A DNA stretch of 64,000 nucleotides from the NCBI GenBank assembly GCA_964016885.1, contig OZ024740.1, positions 175,336,001 to 175,400,000 of the forward strand. The letters run 5' to 3'. This DNA is from Eledone cirrhosa. Lineage: Eukaryota. Shown here in pieces: positions 24,784-37,933 of the stretch. How positions within the stretch are numbered: position 1 is the first letter of the stretch; each line of letters opens with the position of its first letter. Both the position numbers and the translations under genes were made by a program. The notes under the pieces were generated by a model, which worked only from the letters and a program-made list of their open reading frames with translations, made no database searches and was not told the DNA's origin.

Positions 24784-24842
24784 TTCATTCTGAGGATTGA
24801 AGGCTAAATTTTTTTGCTTTTAAGAAACCACTGGTGAATGGA
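24784..24842 (+). ncRNA. Type I hammerhead (family V), G at the cleavage site
   Basis: TTCATT CTGAGGA TTGAAGGC..GCTTTTAA GAAA CCACTGG TG AATGGA. Confidence 0.7.
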
Positions 24843-24940
24843 ATAATTGCCTTATGTTGTTTATTACATTACTACTATATATATGTATATATAAGGTTCA
24901 TATGAATTATCTAAGATTGAGTTTTGCACACACGCATGTA

Positions 24941-24993
<53 letters not shown>

Positions 24994-25133
24994 GTATGTA
25001 TGTGTGTGTTTGTATTTGGTTGTGCGTGTTTGTGATATGTACGTATTTGTATGTGTATAATTGTATAGCTATGTATGTATGTTAGTGTGTATGGGTATAT
25101 ATATATGTATATATGTGTGTGTATGTTTGTGTG

Positions 25134-25205
<72 letters not shown>

Positions 25206-25240
25206 CACACAAACATACACACACATATATATATATATAT

Positions 25241-25431
25241 AGTAATAATAATAAAATTGAAGACTAAAATCCAAAGAGGGCTCGATAAGGAAAATATATA
25301 TCAAATATATAAGAACCGTAGAGCAAATATTTATTAAAATAACAGATTAAAGTTTAAGCAAAGAATCGCTGCTTTCATGGGTGAAAGCAGCTATTCTTTG
25401 CTTAAACTTTAATCTGTTATTTTAATAAATA
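25241..25431. mobile_element. Fold-back remnant of the PLE-2 terminal repeat
   Basis: Reverse complement spans the PLE-2 3' end and 5' leader; hairpin centre GCTTTCA-TGGG-TGAAAGC. Confidence 0.85.
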
Positions 25432-25459
25432 TCTATATATATATGTATATATATATATA

Positions 25460-25659
25460 TAGGAACAAGTAAGACCCCGACGGCTGAGCTCAAGCCGTTT
25501 CGACGGCTAATTCTGGACGCGTCCAGAATTAGCCGTCGAAACGGCTTGAGCTCAGCCGTCGGGGTCTTACTTGTTCCTATTACCCACTCTACTACCCTAA
25601 GCATTGAGTACTTTGGTGCGTTATGGTCCACCTGGTTACTTACCACTTTTCCTTCGTTA
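25460..25659 (+). mobile_element. Family X fold-back (perfect ~120-bp palindrome) carrying the 3' half of a hammerhead
   Basis: Centre GGACGCGTCC; GAAA CGGCT tgagctc AGCCG TC GGGGTC; second copy at 35834-36028. Confidence 0.75.
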
Positions 25660-26047
25660 TATATATATATATATATATGTGTGTATGTGTATATGTGTGT
25701 GTATATATGTATATGTGTGTGTTTGTGTGTGTTTGTGTATATATTTGTGTATGTGTATGTATGTGTTTATGTATTTGTAGATGTATATTTATGTGTGAGA
25801 GTGTGTGTATGTATTTACCTTTTCGTACGTATGAGTACGTAAATTTGTGTGTACTGCTTACCACGCGTGTCTGTTCATCTACTCGTCGCTGTATCGCAGT
25901 CAATTTTTTATATGTATTTTTTCTTATATTTATTTGCGTGTGTGAATATGTAGAGGTGTGTATAGTTTTCTTATTTTGTACATGCATATGTACGCATTTA
26001 TGTATGTATATGTATGTGTGTATGGCTATGTGTGTGTATGTGTATGC

Positions 26048-26179
<132 letters not shown>

Positions 26180-26329
26180 TCTATATATATATGTGTGTGT
26201 GGTTGTATATCTGTATGTATGGATGTGTTGATATTTATGTGCGTATGTATGTATGTGTACATGTATGTGTATATGTGTATTTATATACACATATATATGT
26301 GTATATGTGTGTGTGTGTATGTATGAGTG

Positions 26330-26386
<57 letters not shown>

Positions 26387-26395
26387 ATGTATGCC

Positions 26396-26458
<63 letters not shown>

Positions 26459-26570
26459 TTGAAAGTGTGGTTTTATTTTATTTTTCGTTTCCTTCTTTCT
26501 CCAGCCTCACTTTCATATAGATTTCATTTTTGTTTTTAAAATCCAAATTTAATAAACAGACCAGGATTTT

Positions 26571-26627
26571 TTCATTCTGAGGATTGAAAGCAAATTTTTT
26601 GCTTTTAAGAAACCACTGGTAAATGGA
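26571..26627 (+). ncRNA. Type I hammerhead ribozyme (family V), intact GUA site
   Basis: TTCATT CTGAGGA TTGAAAGC..GCTTTTAA GAAA CCACTGG TA AATGGA. Confidence 0.8.
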
Positions 26628-26653
26628 ATAATTGCATTATTTTGTTTATTACA

Positions 26654-26693
<40 letters not shown>

Positions 26694-26714
26694 TATACAT
26701 ATATATAAATATAA

Positions 26715-27415
26715 AGAAAAAAAGATGAAATCGAAAATGCAACTGGAGTCTTATCTAAAAAAAATATATATATATTTATTTGGTTCCTTTACCGGTTTCG
26801 CTGTTCTCCTGCTTTTCAAAAGTAGAGTTGAGATGGAGGGTCTGTGGTTTAGAGAGAAGTCAATGAATCTTGTGGGCTTAAGTCCGACAAATCAAACGAC
26901 GAATAAAAAATAGACATGTCCGAGCCACCGAAAAGTAGAGAGAGGAAAGAATTAACGCAGGTCAGACGGGAGGAAGTGAGAGAGGAGGAGTAGCAGAGAG
27001 TGATGAGTGAAAGTATGAGGAAGGGGCCAGCTGAGAGTGTGTGACCAGGAGGGAGGAAAGTAATAGGTAAGGGGGAGAGAGAGAAAGAGGAAAGCAGTAA
27101 GGTAACAGAAAAAATACGAACCACAGCGAAGGGAAAATATATGTGAATGAAAAATGGCATGCTGCGTTGTTGCGAATATGAAAATATGAATAGAAATAGA
27201 CCGAGAAAAGTCCGTCATCAGTAGTCTGCTGATTCTCATTGGTATTTCTTCGCATTAAAGAGTAGATACCTAAAATCAGTGCGAGCGATAACTAAATTAA
27301 GTTATCGGGACAGAGGAAAGTGAACAAACAACTTTTGATTTGTCGGATTTAAGCCCACAAGATTCATTGACTTGTCTCTCTTTTCCACTCTTTACGTTGC
27401 GTTACTACCATGTTG
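26715..27415 (-). mobile_element. Non-coding PLE-type element, family W, with 5' inversion
   Basis: 27335-27380 is an inverted copy of 26850-26895; 26715-26850 matches 43590-43730 inverted. Confidence 0.7.
26786..26822 (-). ncRNA. U3-A8 variant hammerhead (family W)
   Basis: CTT TTGAAAA GCAG gagaa CAGC GAAA CCGG TA AAG. Confidence 0.6.
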
Positions 27416-27616
27416 GTAACTAATTAAAGTTTAATTTAATTTTGGACATATATAATATATTTATATATATATATATATATACATATATATTATATATATA
27501 TTATATATATACATATATATATATGATATATATATAATATATATATATTATATATATATTATATATTTATGTATATATATACATATATATATACATTATA
27601 TATATTATATATATTT

Positions 27617-27666
<50 letters not shown>

Positions 27667-27721
27667 GTGGAAAAGTAAGAAATCGGAGAATAGACCGTTA
27701 AAACATGTTTATTTAAAAAGT

Positions 27722-27760
27722 ACCTACGTACGTTTCGCCCAGTTGGGCTTCTCAAGGGCG
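27722..27760 (-). ncRNA. Putative U3-A8 variant hammerhead in the PLE-1 3' repeat
   Basis: CC TTGAGAA GCCC aact GGGC GAAA CGTACG TA GG; stem I weak. Confidence 0.55.
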
Positions 27761-28109
27761 TAAATAACCAAAAGCGTTCCAGACATTGTTCGGAAAGAGT
27801 TTTGGGGTTAAATTCACGTCAAGGTTTTGATTTTGCAGCAGGTCAAGGGAGGTAACTCTGGCCGCTGTTAGGGCAGTCTTTCCCGGACAAATTTTTATCC
27901 GTTACAAGATGAGGTTACAACCTTACCATTGTCGATACGCACAGGGTCATGTAGCCAATCTTATTTTGAGACGTTTGTTTTTCCGCACCTGTTTGTCTGG
28001 GTCGTTTGAGGCTGGGTCTGGTATGCATGGTTTGTTTCCTGGGTGTTATTTTGCAGCGCCTGCCCGCCGGGGTGTTAAGACTTGTTGTAGGGAGATGCGG
28101 TGCATGGTT

Positions 28110-29075
28110 TCACACCTCATCCTTAACCCATCTGAATAAGGATATTTTTAAGCGATGTGTACAACTTATCGCTGTTTCAGCTCTGCTGTTGATGAACTCG
28201 TGGGGTGCAGTTCTGATGTGGTAGAGCTCCATGAGGCAAAGATCGCACTTCCTCTTGAAGTTGTACGGTGCAGCCCTGCCGACAATATCCCAGTGCGTGG
28301 AGAAGCTGATGTTTAAATCCTTTAGTGATGTGATGTAGTCCGCGAGCGAAGTGGAGTGTCTTAGTTTTTTATTTGTGAAAGAGTGGAGATGTGTTCGAAA
28401 CCTAATTTGAAACGGGCCGGAGGTAGCCCCTATATAATGTTTAACGCTATTGTGGCTAGTTACAGTGCATCTATATATAACCCTATCAGTCAAGCAGCAT
28501 CCTCTAAGGGGGCAGCGTCCTCTGTCGCGGCAGTTGCAATTTCTGTCGCGCTTCCATCTATTTTCCACGGTAAGGCTATCATTGTTGCTGCGTACGTTGT
28601 TACCTACGCTCTCGCAGCTGTCCTTAGCACCATTACAACCCACAGAATGCGGGGTGGTGAGATTGTTATTCAGCACGTCATGTCCTGCATGTTGCCCAGT
28701 CATTTCGCGGTTATGCTGGTTGCGTCTGCGGAGGCCGTTGCCAGCACTATTGGATGCTGCTAGGGAGTTGTTAAGGCTGATATAGTTATTGTCAGGTGTA
28801 GGTGCGTATGTGTCGAGGTGCTGTGTCTTGGTGATCTTACTGTAGTTCGTTGTTCCTATGATGTCTGCTAGGTTAGGAATAGTAGAGAAGGATATTTTTA
28901 TATTGTTCCTATTAAGAATTTTTCTATACCTATGGTTGGGCGGGAAGTTCTTCTCTAAGGCTTCGAAGAATATCCGGGGTATGTTGGAGGCCACACTCCG
29001 AGAGTAGGAGGTGGAACCATAGGGCGTTACGGTGGCGATTACGTGTCCTTGTACGTTTGCTACGGGTGGTTCCAT
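28110..29075 (-). pseudogene. PLE-1 linker and GIY-YIG endonuclease (frameshifted from the RT)
   Basis: KILNRNNIKISFS..PNL, CNCRDRGRCPLRGCC, VIYRC...YIG.T...F..R...H..SF, CDLCLME. Confidence 0.9.
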
Positions 29076-30117
29076 CTAGGTGACCGCTCTTATGTATATT
29101 AATGCGCTGTAACCCGTTATGTGCCCCTTTCACTTTATGCTCAGGTTCACTCTTCTTCCCTCTTCCATGTTTATGTACAGGAAGATGTTGGTTGGAAGGC
29201 GTTTGTAGTAGGCCATCGCCTTTGTTGGTTTTGTAGTAGGGGAATAGTTCGAGTAATCTACAGTGGTCACCGTCGCCGGGGTCGTGATCTTTAGTGCGAT
29301 TATCTATTCTATTATATCCGACTTCAACGAGGTCGCCGCGTGATCGGTTATAGGTATGGCTTACTATAACGTTCGTTTTATGAGGGGGGTGGTTTCTAGA
29401 GCTACCGTTAGGGATGTAGGAAATTCCTCGGTTAAAGCCGGCGCTTATCAAGGCCCTATTGTAGTAATCTGCCGCTTGGTTGAAGATATCCTCATTGGCG
29501 GATAGCCTCAAGATTCTATGTGAGATACTATAGACTATGGAGTTGAGAGTCTGCTTAGGGTGGTTGGAGGCATAATTAATATAAGAGAGGCACTCTCCAG
29601 GCTTATGGTATGGCTTGTATAAGCCCGTACTCAACTCCAGGGTCACGTCCAGGAAGTTGACAAGCTTGTGGTTGAGGTCCATAGTTAGGGATAGGCCGTA
29701 TGACTTGAACAACCTGTGTATATGTTTGTTAAGGTTCTCTATCCTACGGGGGCTCTGGTTCCTAACGGTAAACATGGCGTCGTCCCTATATACACCTCCT
29801 TGTAGGGCCGGTATCTCGTCCCTAAGCTTATGTAGGAGGTATATCCCGACAAGGTCAGTTGCTTGCGCTGAGTCACTGGACCCCATCGTGACATCGAAGT
29901 TATCAGGACGGTTGTTTCTGGTCGAGAACTGGATAATGGTTCTACGCGCCGCTAGAACTATGTCTATTTCTTTTTCAGTGAAGCTAGTGTTAGATTTAGC
30001 TAAGATGAGTGCCTTATTTAAGAGTATGGGGGAGATAGAGGCGTAGTAACTATCTATGTCAAACTGGACGAACTTCAGAGTCGCTTTATCCGGCAACTCG
30101 GCAACTCGGTGAACCAA
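28930..30117 (-). pseudogene. PLE-1 reverse transcriptase (N-terminally truncated)
   Basis: FVQFDIDSYYASI, FDVTMGSSDSAQ..DLVG, GGVYRDD, VNFLDVTL, YINYASNHP. Confidence 0.92.
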
Positions 30118-30136
30118 TTTATGACCTGGTCGGTGT

Positions 30137-31420
<1,284 letters not shown>

Positions 31421-32177
31421 TATCACGATACATTAACGGAGCCATATACTCTCGCCGTTCCCTGTAAATAATGTGCTCAAAGGAGTGGAAATCCTGGGCA
31501 CTTTAGAATACAATATTTTGAAAAGGTAACACACTAGAGAGCGATACAGAGCGCCATCAATAAAACAGGGAAAAACCATCAGTGTATGGAAGCTATAACC
31601 TATGGAAGGCAGAATATAGACACGATAATTAAAAATATAAATTAAAGCGTAAATAAATACCTCTATAACTATATAACACACGTACAAATCCAAAGTGATC
31701 TGTTTCGCCAGTAAGTTGTTGACGGAAATGAAATAACCCAGGTACATCAGCGTGTGTTAGGCCATACATTTCAGACATCACTAAGAGAATTTTTAAAGCG
31801 ACCGTCTAACTACATGTGGGAGAGAGAAGTCACAGCGTGTTTAAGGGCAGTGAACCAGTGGCCTCTGATGAACGAGCTGCTAGAAAGGGCAGCCCACAAC
31901 CACTCAGAGAAGTGTGCTCTACTAAACAGAGAGAGATGAAAGACTGTTATAAGGTGCGAAATATCACGATACATTAACCGAGCCATAGACTCTCGCAGTT
32001 CCCTGTAAATAATGTGCTCAAAGGAGAGGAAATCCTGGGCACTTTAGAATACAATATATTGAAAAGATAACACACTAGAGAGAGATACAGTGCGCCATCA
32101 ATAAAACAGGGAAAAACCACCAGTGTATGGAATCTATATTTTATTGCTCGCGCTCTCTAGTGTGTTACCTTTTCAAC

Positions 32178-32183
<6 letters not shown>
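31421..32183 (-). mobile_element. Retrozyme-like family Y: ~540-bp tandem non-coding unit with a short 5' fold-back
   Basis: 31421-31595 repeated at 31961-32137; inverted piece 32148-32183; relative at 44155-44390. Confidence 0.75.
31674..31759 (-). ncRNA. Degenerate type I hammerhead with full-length stem III (family Y)
   Basis: TAACACACG CTGATGT ...GGC GAAA CAGATC actttg GATTTG TA CGTGTGTTA; 9-bp stem I, A9->T. Confidence 0.65.
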
Positions 32184-32214
<31 letters not shown>

Positions 32215-32218
<4 letters not shown>

Positions 32219-32389
32219 GTTTCTACTTTTGGCACAAGGCCAGCAATTACTCAGTACATTACTGGTACTTTATTTTATCGACCCCGTAAGGATGAAAGGC
32301 AACGTTGACGGGATTTGAACTCAGAATGGAAAGGGCTGTAACTCTATGATTCAAAGCATGGGGTCTGACCCTCTACTGCCAATCCACCG
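32215..32389 (-). mobile_element. tRNA-derived SINE (MetaSINE-like)
   Basis: Reverse complement of the 7735 family. Confidence 0.85.
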
Positions 32390-32414
32390 TATATATATAT
32401 ATATTATAGATATA

Positions 32415-32479
<65 letters not shown>

Positions 32480-32482
<3 letters not shown>

Positions 32483-35400
32483 ATAATAATAAAATTGAAA
32501 ACTAAAATCCAAAGAGGGCTCGTAGAGCAAATTTGCTCTACGGTTCTTATATATTTGATATATATTTTCCTTATCGAGCCCTCTTTGGATTTTAGTCTTC
32601 AATTTTATTATTATTACTATTTGGCACCCTCGGTTGAGCACTCTACTGACTTATATTCATCATGCAGAAACAACATCTGAATATTTCTACAAAGAACATA
32701 CCCGTACCAAGCAGGAAAACATACCTAAAACCCCTGATACAGAAAACAGACGCGTTCATTAAAAGGTTGCGTTGGCGTGCCTTTTATTTCGATAATCCGC
32801 GAAAAGCAGACAACAAACAGGATAAATTTGGATTTAAAACCTATAATAACCCTCCGTGGAACCCAGCATTGCTACCCTTCGAAAATGATGTCTTGGAACT
32901 CATTCGGAGTATCAAATTTCGGAATAGGAGCAATTCCTTCCAGCAAGACCTGAAGAATAGAATTCGTTCTATTAAGGATTCTAACGCCGTGCACGTCCAT
33001 TCCGACAAAACTGGCAACCTATATCAAGTGGAGCGCAGTACTTACCATCAACTACTACATAATGCTGTAACTAAGGATTACCGTAAAACTAATCGGTGCG
33101 TCATCAATGAAATCAACGATGCTGGGTTTAAAATCACATCTGATCTCAACATCCTGGACCGGACCGAACCTCTGGACCCTATCTCTCCCCACTTTACCCT
33201 GAAGGATCACAAATCCAATTTTCCGAACAACCCCTCTATTCGGCTTATTAACCCTACGAAGTCCGATTTAGGTAGACTTAGTAAAACGATTCTTGATAGA
33301 ATTATACCTGAAATTAGAAGTTTGGCCCCTCTCGGACTGTGGAACAATTCTTTCGCGGTGATTGATTGGTTCAACGGCATATGTAACAAGGAACATTGCC
33401 GTTTTATCTAATTCGACATCAACAATTACTACTCCTCCATCACTTTACCACTTCTCCTTAGAGCTATCAATTTCGCTAAAACACTCACAGTGGTTAAGGA
33501 TTTCGAAGTTGATGTCATCCTTAATGCCCGAAAGTCGGTGATTAATTTCGACGACGCTATTTGGATAAAAAAATCCAATAGTACCCCATTCGACGTGAGT
33601 ATGGCCGCCAGTGACTCTGCGGAGGTTACTGATCTTATTGGCCTTTTCCTTCTTTTCTCTATCAAGGACGAATTCCCCAACGCGGGCGGTGGTTTGTACC
33701 GTGACGATGGTCTTTTGACCATGACTAAGTGCGGACCTCGTGCTTCCGACAAGTTCAGAAAAGAACTCACAGCGTTCTTTAAAGGCTTCAACCTCTCTAT
33801 ACAGGTTGAGGCCAATCTCTCGGTCGTTAATTACCTCGACGTTACCCTCAATTTATTGAATGGGTTGTATTACCCGTATAGAAAGCCGAATGATACGCTT
33901 AATTACATAAGTAAGCATTCCAACCATCCTGCCAGCATAACCAAGAACCTGGTAAGAAACGTTTCGTTGAGGCTTTCCCGTCTTTCCACCAACGAGCACA
34001 TTTTCAACGACCATTCCACTTATTACAATGAAGCTCTTGCTCGAAGTGGATTTGTCGATAAGGTAGCATATACAGAGTACGAAAATAGACCTAGAAGAAA
34101 TAGATCCCGTCGCATTTGTTGGTTTAACCCACCATATAATATGGAGGTGGCCACACCATTAGCTAAGATCTTTCTTTCCCTTATTACGAAGCATTTTCTC
34201 CCTACACATAAATATAGTAAAATTTTTAATAGAAATACTATTAAAATTTCTTACTCTACGACTCCTAACCTTGCACATAACATCACAGCTTCAAATTTAG
34301 CTAAACTACCTAGCCGTAGGAACACGTGCAACCCTGTAGTTAGTACTAACTGTAATTGTAGGAATCGGGCTGATTGCCCACTATCCGAGAAATGCCTCTC
34401 TAGTAACATTTCTACAAATGTAAGGTTGTAACACCCACGTCCCGTAGGGCCTACATAGGGTTAACCGCCAATAGTTTCAAGCAGCGTCTTTACATGCATA
34501 CCCATTCTTTTCGTTACCCTCTAAGAAGGAATATGACGTCACTTTCAGCTTATATCTGGAGTCTAAAAGACAGCCACACCCAATATAAGTTACACTGGGA
34601 GATCCTAGCTAGGGCTAGATCGTATAACGGAAATAAAAGACCATGTGACCTCTGCGCCGCTGAGGCCCTGGAAATACTCTACGCCACAGACCACATCTTA
34701 AACAAAAAATCTGAGGCAATTTCGGCTTGTAAACATAAATTGCACAAAACTTTCCTGTATTACAGCCCCACGTTACACCCTAACGGATAGCACGATCTAT
34801 ACGTGGTTGTTTTACGTATTGATGTGGGAGCTAAGTATATGTTTTGTTTATTCCTTTACTTATTTGCATAGGTAAGTATATATTACCCGTATGTTTTGTG
34901 AAGGTATGTATACCTTCTCGTACGTATATTTGACTGTTATGGCGTATAATTTTTACATATTCTGGTATTTAGGGTTTGGCTATGTGTATACGGGAGTTTT
35001 GCGTCTGTGTGAGTATGCAGGTTCGTACGTATGGTGGGTGTGTGTATATGTGTACTTCTTGTTTTAGATGACTTACGTCTCCGAACATTCGTGTATTTAT
35101 ATGTAGGTATGTGTGTGCGCTTGTTATATACGTATTTATTTACTTATATACGTTTATATAATTATTTATTTATTTGTACACAAGCATACACACACACATA
35201 TTTATATGTGCGTGGTTTTGTATACCTATGGTAAGGTTTTGCGTATGCTTGTGTATGTACGTATCTGTTTGCGTGTATGTACTTATTTGTTTCTATTACT
35301 TCTGTATTGTATTTATTTACTTTGTTCTTAACTCTGTAGCGGAGATTCATTTGGTCTCCTAGTTAGAATTTTAGTCTACGACTTCTGCTATACCATTTAC

Positions 35401-35791
35401 GTGGTTTTGTCTTTGCGTGCTATTGTTCTCCACGCTCCACACATATGACTTATTATCTTCGTTTTTTCGTTCATTGCCAGAGAACGTCTCTATGCACCAC
35501 CTAAGAGAACATTAGTCTACGACCTCTTTTATACCATAAACGTGGTTCTGTCTTTGCGCGTAATGGTTTTTCACCGCTCCGCTCCTATTAATGACGTATT
35601 ATTCGTTTTTTCGCGTTCTTTGCCAACGAACGTTTCCACGAACCAAACTATCGTCTTCCTGTGTTCCTCCGGTTGCAACCTTTTTTTGAAATATCCAGTT
35701 CTGCGTTTACAGATTGACTTTGTTAGTTTCAGAAGATCCCGTTAAGGGTGAAAGCAGCGTTTCTTTGCTTAAACTTTAATGTGTTATTTTA

Positions 35792-35797
<6 letters not shown>
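32480..35797 (+). mobile_element. Penelope-like retroelement PLE-2 (Naiad-like), full unit length, with 5' fold-back
   Basis: Complete but broken ORF, ~1-kb 3' UTR, 5' inverted segment 32480-32530, (TA)n on both sides. Confidence 0.92.
32662..34790 (+). pseudogene. PLE-2 RT + GIY-YIG polyprotein (stop at 33409-33411, frameshift ~34410)
   Basis: STKNIPVPS, FIKRLRWRA, SDKTGNLY, TLKDHKSNF, RLINPTKSDLG, FI*FDI, GGLYRDD, WFNPPY, CNCRNRADCPLSEKC, YIG, CDLC. Confidence 0.93.
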
Positions 35798-36713
<916 letters not shown>

Positions 36714-37933
36714 TCCGTAGTGTTGTAATATGAATATTATACACAGTAGATGGACAGCTCACGTAGGCTTTGCTCGACGGTTCCAGTTGTAGTTTCAAAA
36801 GTAATCCGGAGAAAATAGAAGGATTTAAATGGATACAGTTCAGTAAAAGGAATTTATTGACACGTGTTTCAATAACAGTTATAAAACCTGAAAACCGCTG
36901 CTATCTACAAAGTATTAATTATGCAGACACTCAATATTTCAATGCTATTTTCAACTATCATTTCATCAGAATAATATCATTGAGAACTTGTTTGGTTTTT
37001 ATAGAGAATATTCAGAGGGAGGAGTGAAGTTGTTAGAAGAATAGTTAAGGGAGTGGATAGACATTTTTGATAGCAGTGGGTAATTAGATTCCCATCTGTT
37101 ATTTTGTTAGTTGAGTGTGACATTTTTATAGAATCTTCATTATTTGGCGTTGGCTGTATTGGTTATTTTTCTAAATCTATAGAAGGATTAGAGATAGTAA
37201 AGATATGCATGGTTGGTTTTGTGTTTGCACTTGATTCACATACAGACTTAAATTTTTCTTTCAAGTGTACGTATCCGTTCGCCCACACATAAATATATGC
37301 GTATATATACTTATTTTATTAAAAAACATACACATTCACACACTTACATATATGTACACCTCTACAAATACATACACTCACATACACATACTTACATACA
37401 TATATACCTGTACACATATATGTATATATATATACATACATATATATGTACATACATACGCATTCGTGTATATACACTTTCATACTCTACTTATCTTCAT
37501 ATACAGACTTATAGACACACACATATATACATACATACTCTTGTCCATGTATATATATATATATAAATACACATATACATGAATACACATACATTTAATT
37601 ATACACATCAAACATATATATATATATACACTCACCCACTTATTTACTTATTTATATACATTTTCACATATATACATTCATATGGTCGCTTTTAGACACA
37701 TTCATTATAGCATATTCGCACCTATTCTCGCCAGCATATTTATCCATTATTAGTGTGATAATTTAAGGTTATTAATAGTACATATATATGTCGAGAAGAG
37801 ATTGTTTTTATATTTTTCTAACTAGATTGAGGATTTGTATAGTTGGGAGGATGTCCCTCGTTTATGTAATATTCAGCTTGTAGTGGGAAAAAAGGGTTTT
37901 AGTTCGGTGACGGCAGAATTATGTTCGTTCAAT

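Larger units (their letters stand above)
27666..30136 (-). mobile_element. Penelope-like retroelement PLE-1 (Naiad-like), 5' truncated
   Basis: RT and GIY-YIG ORFs, 3' hammerhead variant, both ends in (TA)n. Confidence 0.92.

Noticed and set aside
25381-25660. Family X directly follows a PLE-2 3' end twice (also 35748-36028), suggesting a composite element
   Set aside because: Opposite relative orientations and a TA spacer; best explained by independent insertion into (TA)n.
27195-27230. CTGATGA CGGAC on the minus strand in family W
   Set aside because: No GAAA or stem III downstream.
31860-31900. CTGATGA...GAAA on the + strand of family Y
   Set aside because: No stem II/III pairing or NUH site; the better hammerhead is on the minus strand.
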